Positions 42,562-56,100 of a stretch of DNA of 64,000 nucleotides are shown here, piece by piece. Each line of letters starts with the position of its first letter. Positions within the stretch are counted from its first letter, which is position 1. Under the pieces are notes generated by a model that saw only the letters and a program-made list of their open reading frames with translations, did not search any database and was not told the origin of the DNA. Source of the stretch: Octopus vulgaris (lineage: Eukaryota); the NCBI GenBank assembly GCA_951406725.2, contig OX597817.1, positions 18,290,001-18,354,000 on the forward strand, given 5' to 3'. Both the position numbers and the translations under genes were made by a program.

Positions 42562-43170
42562 AAAATAAAATACAAAATGGGACAAGAACGCAAAACATCC
42601 GGACAACTAGGTGATACAAAAATGGACAACAAAACATCCAGATAGACGATACAAAAAAACAAGGACGGGTCATTCGAAGCCTTTTATCTTCAGTCAAGAA
42701 TCGGATCATTCTCGCAATTTCGGGTGATTAATCTTGATATTTATATATATGCATATATAGATACACATGTGTACATACATATATCGGCACAGGACGTTAC
42801 AAAAGCGTAAACAAACATAAAATACGAAAACAATGTTGGGTACACAAAAAAAATGAATGGAAAACAAAATAAGTAACATCAAAGAACGACCCTTCATCAG
42901 TTGTTGGCTGTCCTTCTACTCCTTGTTTTGTGAATTCAAACAAGATAAAACTTTGAAGGTAGTTGCTCCCGTGAACCGAAATAATAAAAATAGGGATTTG
43001 CGGAGGGTCAAAGTTGGTAACAAAAAGAGAACATATAACAAACGAAACGAAGCGAATACAAACAAGAAGGGCTGTTAGGTACAGACGAGGTAAAATTGGT
43101 GAACGCTTGAAGAAGATTCTTTGATAAGAGAAAAGGCCGGAGACAGGTACAAATGCTTTCGAACTGCGCA
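42562..43170 (-). mobile_element. Unclassified (TA)n-adjacent repeat end, possibly Penelope-like
   Basis: gacaagaacgcaaaacatccggac..cagatagacgatac resembles 9930-9990; both abut (TA)n. Confidence 0.4.
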
Positions 43171-43499
43171 AGAAATTGAGGGAAAAGAAAGATCACATGA
43201 GGAAATGAAGGATGAACAATGGTCACGTGTGAGTAACGAGAGAGAGAGAGAGAGAGTAAAGGAGGAAGAGGTAGAGAGTGACAGGCAGAAAGAAAACGGT
43301 GAGGAGGAGAAACGAAAGAGCGAGAGACAGAGAGAGAGAGAGTGGGGAGGGAGGGACCAGTAAAGGATAGAATCACATCGATGCATACATACATGCACAC
43401 ATAATCTTTAAAATATTTAAATTGTTTCAGCTTCAAATGTGCGGTCATGCTGGGGCATCACCGTTGACTGTGCTACACCATTATTTGAAGCCTCCTCTG

Positions 43500-44350
43500 A
43501 TATGTGACATTTGGTGATTGAGGGTGTTTGGTGCTGCTGCCCTCATCTGTGTTTCTTGCCGCGAGGTGGGCTCATCTGGAATTCTTGACAGGAGGAGATT
43601 CAATTTTGTTTTGAAGATACTTACATCTCAACTTCTCAGGAATTTTATAAGGATATTGGAGAGCTGTGGGCCCTTGAAACCAAAACCGTTGCAGTATCTG
43701 GTCCTGTATTTTGATGGAGATGCTGGGATCTTTGGCACTATGCAGTGGAGCCCCGTTCTGCTGTTTGTGTAACTTTCAATGCCAAATTTTGGTACACTGC
43801 CTTCCAGGATTTTCCAGATGTATATCATTGTATATCTTTACCGCTTTCGTTCTAGGGAGAAGAGTTTTAATTCTTCCAGTGTTTCCCAGTTGCAGATACA
43901 TTGTATTGAGACGATTTTGTTTGTGTAGTTACGTTGGATTGCTTCGAGTTCCACCGTTAATATTATATTGTGTGGTAACCATAGTTGGGAACACTAGTCC
44001 AAGCGGCTGAGAAGGTGTGCCCTCTAAAGGACCATCATTGTCTCCTTTTCTCTTGTTTTGAAAGTTCAGAGGATTCATCAAGCTAGCAGACTGCATTTTA
44101 TTACCAAATTGGTAATATGCGCTAGGAAAGACGCATCGTTTCTCATGTCAATGACTAGGTCACACACTGATTTTGATTCGGGGATTGCAATTCCTCCTGG
44201 GCCAGTATATCCTGTCTGTATGTCGTTCAGCTTTTTGTGCTGATAAGGCAGGGCTTGAAATCTTCCTGCGTTAAACTGCATGTTGTCTTCCTGAGCTCAC
44301 CTGTATATTGTGTCCAACTCCCTTTGCAGATGCGCGATATTTCCCAGATT
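43500..44350 (-). mobile_element. CR1-group LINE 3' remnant
   Basis: NMQFNAGRFQAL, SVCDLVIDM, LKLFSLERKR*RYTMIYIWKILEG, GFKGPQLSNIL. Confidence 0.82.
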
Positions 44351-44506
44351 CTGTGTTGTCTGAGAGACTTTTGGCTACTGAGGGCACATCTGAGATGCGG
44401 TCACTGGCATCAAATCGACTTGTCATTGTTAGGAAAAGTCGCCTAAACAGTGTGAAATCAACGAGGTCATTCCACAGCATGAACTGCAGTACTATTATTC
44501 AAGTAA

Positions 44507-44917
44507 ATTCTTTCAATCATTATACAGTGACCATGCTGGGGCACTGCCTTGATAAATTTTGGTAGAATGAATTGAATCCAGTACCTATATTTTTAAAGCC
44601 TAGTACTTATTCTATCGGTTTCTTTTGCAGAATCGCAAGATTACGGGGACGTAAAGACACGTAAAGACACCACTACTACCGGTTGTCAAGCGGTGGTGGA
44701 GGACAAATACACACACACACCTACAAACACAAACACACACACACGCACGCGCGCGCACACACACACGATGTGCTTCTTTTAGTTTTTGTCTACCAAATTC
44801 ACTCACAAGGATTTGGTCGGCCCGAGGCTATACTAGAAGATGCTTGCCCAAGATGTCACGCAGTTGGAGTGAACCCAGAACCATGTAGTTGGGAAGTAAG
44901 CTTCTTACCGCCTCCCA
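44507..44917 (-). mobile_element. SINE family A (diverged)
   Basis: Antisense homology to 15882-16300. Confidence 0.82.
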
Positions 44918-45486
44918 TAACACACAGACAGAAAAAAAACACAAACGTGAGGTAGAAAAACAAAAGCAAATGTGGTAAATTAGATCGGCGCTCAGGAAAA
45001 TTGGAAGGGGTCGTTAACATTTCGAGCTTATACTGTTCTGCGGATAGGATAGATAAAGAGAGAAAAGAGCAAACGTGGCTCAAGAAGATGGTTACCGCAT
45101 GTCGAAATGACCGGAAGAGGAAGAATACTTGAAACTTGGGTGGTACGGCAGCAACACTGACTTGGCATATGTGTAAGAGCAAGAACATGTGTGTGTGTGT
45201 TTATGAAGCTAGTGTGTCTATGTGTATATATAGGTATGGACGTGTGTTTGAGTGTGTGTGAGTGCGAATAAAGCTATTGTGTGCATGTACATGAGTGTGT
45301 ACGGGCATGTATGTGTATGAAGCAATGTATAAGGGTATACTCTGCGTATGTATGTGAGGTTATCTGATGTATGTGTTTGTGTATACATGTATACATATAC
45401 ATATGTATATGTGTGTGTTTATGAGTCAGTGTGTATGCATGTGTATCTGTGAATATGTATGTACACATATTTAAGTGTACATATAA

Positions 45487-45604
<118 letters not shown>

Positions 45605-46592
45605 GTGTAGTACATATATATAACTATATATATTTACACACACACAGACGTCAACGCGCGCACGTACACAGCCGTCAGCGCGCACACACGCACACGCGCA
45701 CACACATACACCACACACACACACACACACACACACATGCAAAAACACATATGCATCTATGTTTATGTACGTATGTTTGCAGACACACATACACATACAT
45801 TCTTGAACACAATAACTTCCCACATTTTCTCTAAGGTTATTTTATATAATTTTTGTCTTATAATTATTGTAAAAAAAAAAAAAAATCAGAGTATTTTCGA
45901 AGAATTAACTCCGCATCTGCATTCAGATTTAGGAAATCTACAGACACAGCATATATTATTCTGTTAAGACTGCAGCTGCGCACCATCCAACCACGTTGAA
46001 ATGGCTACGATTGCAAGAACTCTATCCTATCTTTAATGATTCTAACTTCAAAATAAATCCAGAGTAGGCCGCGATATTTCGCCTCACATGGAGAAAATTT
46101 ATGCTCGCATATATATGGAAAAGAAAGCAATTTCTCCGCTTTTAACATGGAACATTTGACCTACACTTATGAAATATACGAACGACCATATAACCAAACC
46201 AAGACTTCAGGAATGTTGGTCATTCAAACACGCAAATCATACGCACACATACACCCACACACACATACACGCGCACACATATACACCCCCATATATACAT
46301 AATATATATATATAATTTACGTACCTATTATACGTATATATTCATGTACATACATATAACTTTATACTCATATAATCGCGCGCACATTTATATATACATA
46401 TACAAAATATCTAATTTTACTCGCTCGCTTTACTCATGATATACAAAACTATTTTGTATGTGTGAGCACAAATATGAACATACAGCCATAGATATACACA
46501 CATGTACACACATGAATACGTACATACACACACGCACACTGACGCATATGTATATACATTATATGCATTATACATACGAATGCGTGTGTGTA

Positions 46593-46638
<46 letters not shown>

Positions 46639-46729
46639 TTAGAAATATGTTACAAATTATATGTGTATATATATATATATATAAATTAGAAATATGTTAC
46701 ACATTATATGTACATATATATGTGTATGC

Positions 46730-46761
<32 letters not shown>

Positions 46762-46856
46762 CTCTCTCTCTCTTTCTCTCTCTCTCTATATATATATATA
46801 TATTTATATACTCATACATACATATATTAATATCATACACAGTCGTTCACACTCAC

Positions 46857-46981
46857 AAATTTGATTGGTATAGATTTTGGCACTGTTTGTGATGGTGATC
46901 GGCAACTCTGCCACTCTTTCAGTGAGGCCGTATGTGTTAAGTCAATGTAAGGTGTCGGGTTCTTGGGTAGACATAGATATT
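46857..46981 (-). other. Candidate internal host exon (125 nt)
   Basis: tttcAG acceptor, GTGAGT donor, open frame YLCLPKNPTPYIDLTHTASLKEWQSCRSPSQTVPKSIPIKF; no homology recognised. Confidence 0.3.
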
Positions 46982-47569
46982 CTGAAACCAGTTCTCGCTT
47001 GGCATTGTATTATTGACTACGTATCAGCTTATGAAAGAAATTCGAGCCGAAAAGGAAAAGTAGTGTAAAATACTTGTCTAAGCCCTCTAGACAAAAGAAG
47101 TAGAAGAAATAAATGAAAAAAAAAAACAAAAAACACAAATACAATTCATTTCAGTAGAAAAGAGAGAAAAAAATTTTATAATGGACGGCAAAAGAAAACG
47201 GGTGGTGGTGGTATCGTTAAAAAATGAAGAGTGAGAGTGAAAGGAAGAGGATGAAGCGTATAAAGAGGAGGAAGTAAAATTTCTATTGCGTCTATTCGCA
47301 TTTCACTTTTTGTCAATTTGTTACATTCATTAATAACTTCATAACAATGTTAGAACTTGCAGCTCTTTCAGACATGCCATTTTGGGCGCCAATTTGCAGT
47401 TTGGAGACTTTTGTGGTAATTTCAAGTATCGTTTTATCTTTCAGCTTCCTTTCCCCCACCATTTTCTTTCATTCCTATTGTTCTTCTCAAACCCACCCCG
47501 CCTCTGCCATTGTCCTTTTTGCTACTTCTCCCTCCCTCTCTCTTTCTCTCTCTCTCTCTCACTCTCTCT

Positions 47570-47704
47570 CTATCTATCTATCTAGCTAGCTAGCTTGATA
47601 AATCTGACTTACTGAATCATACACGCACGCACGCACCTACAAGTCTATTTTCTGTGTGTGTATGTGTGTATATATATATATATACACACACCCATTCTTA
47701 CGTA

Positions 47705-47774
<70 letters not shown>

Positions 47775-47933
47775 TACGTAAGAATGGGTATATATATATA
47801 TATATATATACACATACACACATACACGCACAGAAAATAGACTTGTAGGTGCGTGCGTGCGTGTATGATTCAGTAAGTCAGATTTATCAAGCTAGCTAGC
47901 TAGATAGATAGAGACACCCATTCTTACGTAGAC

Positions 47934-47936
<3 letters not shown>
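47570..47936. repeat. Fold-back inverted duplication centred on (TA)n, with a triplicated 18-bp segment
   Basis: A-B-(TA)n-B'-A'-B-(TA)n, where B = cccattcttacgtagaca (47691, inverted at 47771-47788, again at 47917). Confidence 0.93.
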
Positions 47937-47968
<32 letters not shown>

Positions 47969-47984
47969 TACATATGTATATACA

Positions 47985-48343
47985 CCGCCTTTAGTCGAGC
48001 AAATTGACCCTAGTGCTTATTCTTTGTAAGCCTAGTATTTATTTCATCGGTTCCTTTTGCCGAACCGCTAAGTTGCGGAGAGATAAACACACCACCATCG
48101 GTTGTCAAGTGATGTTGGGGGACAATCACAGACACACAAACATATACACTCACATACACATATATATATATATATACACGACGGTTTTTTTTTTCAGTTT
48201 CTGTCTATCAAATCCACTCACAAGGGTTTGGTCGGCCCAAGGCTATAGTAGAAAACACTTGCCCAAGATGCCACGCAGTGGGACTGAACCCGGAACCGTG
48301 TGGTTGGTAAGCAAGCTACTTACTACACAGCCACTCTTGCGCC
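47985..48343 (-). mobile_element. SINE family A
   Basis: Antisense homology including the head ggcgcaagagtggctgtgtag. Confidence 0.88.
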
Positions 48344-48386
48344 TATGTATAGATATATATACAAGTACATGTATAAATGTATATAA

Positions 48387-48431
<45 letters not shown>

Positions 48432-49257
48432 CATATGTATATATGCATAAATATACATATACATGTACACATAAATGCAAATACACGCACACGCACGTGT
48501 GCACCCACAATCACACACACACAAACATGATTGTACTGATAGTAGTCGTGTCTTATTTCTTCTACATTAAAATCAAAATTACATTCGATTGTTGAGGGAT
48601 ATCTCTGGTTAGGATGAGTTTAGTAGTTGTATTAATTACCGTAGAATTTGGCATTAATGAATATTTATTGTTTGTATGTAGTTTACAAATTTGAAATATT
48701 AGAAGAATAACGAATCATATATGTTGAAACAATCCATCGTATCTCTCTTCTGTACGAAATGTAGTTCGTAATTGTATAGAGAAATATTACAAGATATGAA
48801 ACGAAATAAAAAATGCAACTTCTATTTCAATATCTAATGGAATACATTCAGTCTTGATACCGAAAACTAAATGTACAGAGTTTTGGCAAGTATGGCTGCA
48901 TAGCTTAGGAGGTCTGCTCGCAATAGTATGGTTTAGTTTATCATCCCAAATCTTGGGAATTTTTAAAAAACTATCGTCTTATCTCTGATCAATATATTTT
49001 GATAAGAGAATGGAGCGAAAACACTTTCGTATACAAACACGATCTTGTATGTATGTGTGTGTATATAAATATATCTATGGATACGTAAATGAGTATCTCT
49101 GTCTGACTGTCTGTCTGTCTCTCTATGTATGCAATTACAATATATTTACATATATATACACAATACATACATACATACATACACACACATATATGTAGTG
49201 TATAATACCGTGATAGTAAGATCAACAAAAAAGTACTCCATCTGGTGAAAGATATTA

Positions 49258-49468
49258 TTAAATAAACAGTATATATTTTTATGAGCTACTTATAGTTCCA
49301 TGTGATGAAAACAACTCAGCATTTTATCACACGCCTGGTGCCTTCACACAATCTTCAACCTGAGGATGTCATGAAGGTACCACACGTGTTATAAACCACT
49401 GTTAGAGTTTTTTTTTCATCATATGAAACTATTAGTAGCTCATAAAATATATATGCTGTGTTTATTAA
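49258..49468. repeat. Diverged inverted repeat (~60-bp arms)
   Basis: 49258-49317 versus 49405-49468; spacer holds a ctgagga...aaaccactgtt hammerhead-like relic. Confidence 0.75.
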
Positions 49469-49501
49469 ACATTACGTATATATATATATATATATATATA
49501 C

Positions 49502-49544
<43 letters not shown>

Positions 49545-49729
49545 TATACATATACAAAATATCTAATTTCACTCGCTCGCTTTACTCATGATATACAAAA
49601 CTATTTTGTATGTGTGAGCACAAATATGAACATACAGCCATAAATATACACACATGTACACACATGAATACGTATACACACACGCACACTAACGCATATG
49701 TATATACATTATATGCATTATATATATGC

Positions 49730-49778
<49 letters not shown>

Positions 49779-49901
49779 GAGAGTGTATATGTATAAATTT
49801 ATGTATAAATTTGTATTGTCTCCCTGGTTTTTATGTGCTAAACCACTTGGTGTTAAATTGATGGTTTTATTAAATTAATATCAAATTGTTCACCCTCATT
49901 T

Positions 49902-49965
<64 letters not shown>

Positions 49966-50030
49966 CCGAATGAGATAACAAATTCCAGGCTGAGGGGTGT
50001 TTTGAGGACATTTATAATGAAAATGAAATA

Positions 50031-50078
50031 GTCTTACAGCTGTTTCTGGGATATTATGGATATCCCTTCATCAGAGAC
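50031..50078 (-). ncRNA. Type-I hammerhead ribozyme
   Basis: GUCU-CUGAUGA-A-GGGAUAU CCAUA AUAUCCC-A-GAAAC-AGCU-GUA-AGAC; perfect stems I and II, palindromic ACAGCUGU. Confidence 0.85.
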
Positions 50079-51254
50079 GGTATGAGAAAATATTTGAGTT
50101 CAAATTATTGTGGAAAAGATAGCGAATATGGAGGGAAATAAGAGAAAGAAAGTATAAATAAGATATATAATGATACTGTAGTTTCAGTACCCTCATTCGA
50201 GGAAAATGGTGTGTAGAAGTGGTAGAAAAGGTAAAAAAAAAAAGCTTCCTGTACATGGTGTGTAAGATCTAATAGCAGTTCATATTAAGTCATGTCAAAG
50301 CATGGAGCTGAAGAATCAGTGTTGCTCGTTCGAAAGTGTTTTGTGGTGTGAATGAAAATTTGAGAATGTATTGGTAGTATTTATGGATAGATGGAGGGAG
50401 GAGAGATGTGTATGATTAGAAAGAGGAGAAAGGTCAAATCTAAAACCGGAAGCGAAAATAAGAGGAAGAAAAAGAGCAAAAGGCAAAAAGGGAGAGAGAC
50501 AAAAACAAAGAGTGAAAAAAAAAAATAAATGAAGAAAGGACGAAGAAAGTGAGGGAGAGGGAGTGTTAGTTAGTGGTCAAGGTAATGTAATGGGAGGAAA
50601 ATTTAAGCCAAAACTTAACCATTTCTAACATTTTTAAATATGGAAACTCACCTCATTGAAAAAACATAAAGCAAAACCTAATCACTTCTAACATTCTATT
50701 CCTTCTAAACCAAATCATGTTAAATTAATCAAGCCTAGTCATTCCTAACATTTTTGATTATCTCCCTTATACCGGTAAAATTCCCTGATTACCTTCCCCT
50801 GCCTGTAACTTCATATTTCACCACATAGCATTATATAAAGTTCCACGAATTATATATATGTGTATTTTTCAAATGCCTTCACTTTGGCGCGCTGAGATCG
50901 GAAATTACTCTGCAGATAATAAACTACAGCAGTCAATTTACCGGCTAGAGAGCATTTTTTAAAATTAAAATTAAATAAGGGTAGAAATTAATATTAATCA
51001 ATTAAAACCAGTGGCCTAGCATATTTAAAAAAATCCGAAGATTAAAAATTTTTCTACATACAAAATTTAGAGGATTGACTACTAAAAGTGGGCAGCCCGT
51101 CGCCATTTTCCACGGAGAATGTGTTCTCAAGAAAAAATTCAGCAAGAAACCAAAGCGTAAAAATAAGCAAGACAAATGAAAATATACGAAATAAAAAACG
51201 ATTACCTATGTACTAATTAGTTTCACTTGTTAATAATTTACGTATATGAATACA

Positions 51255-51670
51255 TAAACATCTGCAAGATCATCAGCATAGCGGCTCTGGGACACTCCGA
51301 CGCCATGTCTCCGACTGCCGGCAGTGTCCCGTTTCTCCCCCTCTACCTCTTTTTTCTTCTCGACTGGGGGAGGGTGCGTCTCCTCTGTGACCGGGAGATT
51401 CGCCTCTCCTCCCTCATCCCCAGGATCCTTCGTTGAGCACCCATTATTGCTCACCTTCTTCCTTTTGCGGCTCTTCTTTGAGGAGTCCTCCGTCTCCTCG
51501 GCCGCCTTCATTTCCTCCTCTACTGAGGTCTCCGTCAATCGCTCCAGGACTTTGCTTTGCCGTTGAGGACAGTTCTTTTTTATATGGCCAGGCTCCAGGC
51601 ACCGATGACACTTGAGGTGGTGGTGGGGGGCGTCCCCCTAGCATCACCGGATACCTAGATCCGGCCATTC
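51255..51670 (-). mobile_element. LINE ORF1 (gag-like) fragment with CCHC zinc knuckle
   Basis: YPVMLGGRPP, frameshift, then KCHRCLEPGHIKKNCPQ (CX2CX4HX4C at 51569-51610), followed by a charged low-complexity tail; GC-rich island. Confidence 0.75.
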
Positions 51671-52727
51671 TCGAAAAAGTTATTTGACATGTTTTTTTAA
51701 AAAATCTAAACATACAGTTCTTAAAATGCAAAATAATTAAGGAAAAAGAAGGAAGAGAAAAAAGTCCAAATAAAAAGGAAGGAGAAAAAATTAACAGTTC
51801 AATAAAGAGTAGTTTTTTAGATAAAAGATAGATGAAGAGAGAGCAACAGTTCAAAACGCAGCAAAGGCCACTCGGTATTCCAGGCCGAAATTTTAACGAA
51901 TTGTTAAACAGTTAATTGCTGTAAAAATCATTTCAATTTTCTTATCATAGGTACTCATTTACAGGAACAATATTGTTGAAATCTTTTCTAAAAATTCCCA
52001 CGGAGTTATTCCTGGACAAACACTATTCTCAAACAAAATTTTGCGGCAGGTCACGCCCACCAAAACAATAATTTTCACAATTAAGTGAAATAATTTTTCA
52101 CTCAGCCTCAGGCAGACTAGAATCCAGTGAGGACTTCTTGTTTGTAAAAGATAATTGCGGCAAACAACAGGCCCCCACTAGACCCCCAAAAATCTTATCT
52201 TACAGCTGAGTTTCAAAAATCTTCAATTTAAGACGGCTTCAAAAACACGTCTTACAGCTTCAGTGTCAAACACAACTCTGATTCGTACATGCGCAATGAG
52301 GTAAGCAAGCTACTTACCACACAGCCAATCCTACGCTAAATAGTTTAATATTTATACATATTATACACTCAAACATTAACTCATCAGATGGTATCTGTGA
52401 ATATTGATTAATTGGTATATACTGGTATTAAGAAAGGAGTACTGAGGTAAAGGAACATGCTAATTATATATTAATAAAATTACTTTCTAAGCAGTTTTTT
52501 TTATAAGTAGTGAATATACCAGTATAGTTTTATAAAAGCTAAGTATGAATTGATAGAGATACAAAAATTAGATTAATTTTATAAATAGATAAAGGCTAAT
52601 TATAAAATGATAAAGAAATAAAATAAAATAAAATTGCATTCTTCAGTTAATTGGAGTTGCATGAAACGATCGTACTGCTTTACCTCTGGATATACTTGTT
52701 GCTTATTTTGATTTATATATATATACA

Positions 52728-53140
52728 TAATTGCCAACCAAGTGTGACGTCCTATACGGGACAGTGCTACTGACGTTTATAGCCCCAGGAAGACACCTCT
52801 TCCAGCTGGCTAACGATAAACATTCTGTGTCCGATTAGTATTAGTGAGGGGAAGTCATCGCTTCCATCTCTAGCCTTCCGTGATACACACGAGTTTCTGG
52901 GTGGTTACTCCTCCTCAGCGTATGTTAACCACCAGCTAGTGATGAAAACTCACTCCAATCGCAGCAATAGTCGCTGTTCGCGAAAAAGGAGAAATAAGCT
53001 ATATTAAATCTCTGAGCGAGACATAAACAGTAGCAATACGGAATCGTAACACATAATTACCAATCAAGTGTGGCGTTTATAGCCCCAGGAAGACATCCCT
53101 TCAGCTGGCCAACGACACACATTCTGTGTCCGATTAGTGT

Positions 53141-53142
<2 letters not shown>
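52728..53142 (-). mobile_element. Tandem pLTR/retrozyme-like repeat (~325-bp period) between TA tracts, with a degenerate hammerhead at 52883-52923
   Basis: ataattRccaaYcaagtgtg..cgtttatagccccaggaagaca..cattctgtgtccgattagt x2; AUACG-CUGAGGA-GGAGU AACC ACCC-A-GAAAC-UC-GUG-UGUAU. Confidence 0.7.
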
Positions 53143-53181
<39 letters not shown>

Positions 53182-56100
53182 ATTTATACAAATATATATA
53201 TATATATATTTGCATTTATGTGTGTTTCTATGTAAATAATATAATATAATATGTGTATCTTTGTGTATGTAAGTAAACAGTTCATATAAATACATCAGGT
53301 AATTTACTTCGACTGAATTGTCTCCCTTTATTCCAATTTCCCGCTTCGTCATTTCGAGTACGCTCTGAAATACGCAATAAAGTACCGAATCTCAATATAT
53401 TTCGCTAAAATTCCTTACTGCTAGTATCACAGCATGGCAGCTCTAAAATGACTGCAACGTGTAAACAAATCAAATGTTAAAAAGCAATTTTTTCTACACC
53501 TACCTTTGTGGTATTCTGCAGAATTTTACACCCACTGTAATAAACACTGTTATATCTACTGAAAGACACTGGTGAATTGAGAGAATACAATCACTAATCT
53601 TGAGACAAAGTAAAGCTGGAAGAAAAGCCATGCATTGAAACATTTGTTGCAAGTAGTTTTGATGGCCTGGAAACCTATTTGGCTATAAGTACTTTCGGCT
53701 ATAAGTAGAGACTCTTTTCAAGGCTATCGTTGTTGTTTATTTCAAATCTTTCCCAATCGTCAGGTTAACACATGGCCAAAGAAGTTCCAGCTGTAACCGT
53801 CCTTTACTTTTTTTCATGCATTGTCTATTTAGGATTACATTACATAATTTGCCCTTTCTTTTAAGACGTTATCTAAGGAAGATTTGGCTACTATTTCTGT
53901 TGATCGAGTGATGGTGTCGAGGCTTCTCCGTTGGTCTGAATTATCATAATCGTTGTCGCCTTCATATTGTTGTTCAGATCGAGTTTAAACATGATCGAGG
54001 AGGCGTCTCATCCAATACATTGCAACTGTGTAAATCACGTCCTTTGTTCAGTGGTAGTACATTTAAGTCTTTATTATTCATTACGCATCCTTTTTAGTAA
54101 CAGTTGGAAGGAAGTGACTGAAAGAGATATGGTAGATATTTCTAGCAGATTGAAATTCCACGTAGTAGCTCCCTTGTTAGTTCATCTGTCGAAGGTGATC
54201 TATCTTCCATTGTATAAATTACGCGCAGAGTGGGTGGTGGAGTGTCAATCAAATCGCGTCGCAACTGTTTGTAACATAATTTTAACTTCGAAGGAATCTG
54301 GCAATGATAGGTCAAGGATGGAAGCAGCATGTAAGAAACTCAATGGAAATCTTTTAAGATTACATCGAAAAAAAAAAAACAAAAACAAAAAAAAAAAACA
54401 GAGAAAAAATTAATTCTGTTATACAAATCAATTCAGCTTAGCTGCGGAACATCTATTTTTGCAACTGTTAGGGCAGAAGGTATTCACAATTACACAGATG
54501 TGCTTTACTCTCTTGTACAAAAATTTCCTGATCTTATGCTATTCTTAACTTTGAATGACAATCAGCTAACCACACATGCATACACGTATACACGCACACA
54601 CACACACATACTTGCATACACAAACACGCATACATATACGAATGGTTTTACTTAGAAATGACTATACACAGAAAAAAAATTCAGTATGAGTTTTCATGTG
54701 TGTATGTGTGTGTGTGTGTGTGTGCATGCACGTGAGAAAGAAAGAGAGAGAGAGAGAATGACAGAGTGAGAGTGAGAGTATATAAATTTCTGTAATTGAA
54801 CAATATTCAGGTGTTAGAATTTCTGTAACTGTTACATGTTTAATATGTAAGGCTTGTAATACATACATACATATATACATACATACATACATACATACAT
54901 ACATACATACATACATACATACAACATTTTTGCTTTAGCTCTATGATCTCTTTCTCTATCTCCACATACAGACACATATAAACAAGCTCTCTCTGTTACA
55001 TAAACTCTCTATACCGATACGCATCCTTGATATCTACCTATCTATCGATCTTTTTGTCCATATATGTCATGTAAGGAGTTTTTGAAAAAATTCAAAAAGA
55101 AAAGAAAAATAACTAACAATACGGATGATTGGTAAAATTCGATCTGATATACAGAATTCTCAGGGCAGAAAAAAAAAACTTGATCATATCAACTTCAGCC
55201 TGCCGTGGTTTACGCTATTGAAATCCTATCTTACTACTGAAAACTGACAGGCAAATAAGAATGTGATGGCGTCCATATCGAACCAAGTTGGATCTTCTGG
55301 TGGACAGGGCGAGCTATTCCCAGCGCTCTATCTGTAAAAATGACAGCAAGTAATGAGGATTTGCCATGTTTATTTCTTCGTGTTTAAGAAAGACGCTTGC
55401 CGTGGTGACACTGGCAAGCGAACTGATATGAGCTATTGCAGTATATTCTAACATAGTGTGAAAGAAAGGACGAAGGAAAGAGTTGGAAAATAAGCTAAAA
55501 ATATTTGCAATAAAAAAATACTAACATAGTGGAGTGGAGTAAACATGGCTAACAGAAAATAAAACAGAGTAAAAAGAAAACGGAAAATAAGACATTCTAT
55601 AGGGATTTTGAAGGAAGAGATTACATAAACAGGGAAAAGCGAAATTGAGCAAAATAACCAGATATGTGAGAAGATAAAAGAAAATTAATGCGAAAATGAC
55701 ATAAAAAAGGCAAGGAATAAAATAACGAAAAATATAAAAAGACAAGCTCAAATATTTATTGAATGAATCTGAATCTCAAAAATTCCTTCTATTCCTTTTA
55801 GAAATCTTCAAATTAAATGATAAATGTTTATTCTTTGTCTTCGTTTTCAATCAAAAAAGTTCAATAAAGAAACAATACGATAGTTGAACAGTTTATTTCA
55901 CGCTCTTATGATTGTGTCATTGAATTCTGAGAATATGTTTTATAATTCTTGAAATTTCATGAATTCAAAGAAAAATGATCCTAACACACATACGCATGGC
56001 TATACACAAATAAACTCATAGAAAGGCAAATATAACTTGCATGCGGATATATACCCCATAGCCATACCCGAACTTCGTTTAGTAATTTTTCTCCATCCGA

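Larger units (their letters stand above)
46390..49722 (+). repeat. ~180-bp dispersed direct duplication (46390-46572 and 49542-49722)
   Basis: caaaatatctaatttYactcgctcgctttactcatgatatacaaaactattttgtatgtgtgagcac... nearly identical in both. Confidence 0.92.

Noticed and set aside
42660-42905. Minus-strand CUGAAGA and CUGAUGA motifs
   Set aside because: No matching GAAA plus stem I could be folded
45008-45047. Possible relic of the 13737-type hammerhead on the minus strand
   Set aside because: Only gctcgaaatgtt remains; the core is unrecognisable
46955-47005. WFQN peptide on the minus strand suggesting a homeobox
   Set aside because: Context MPSENWFQNIYVY lacks the RR and helix-3 residues
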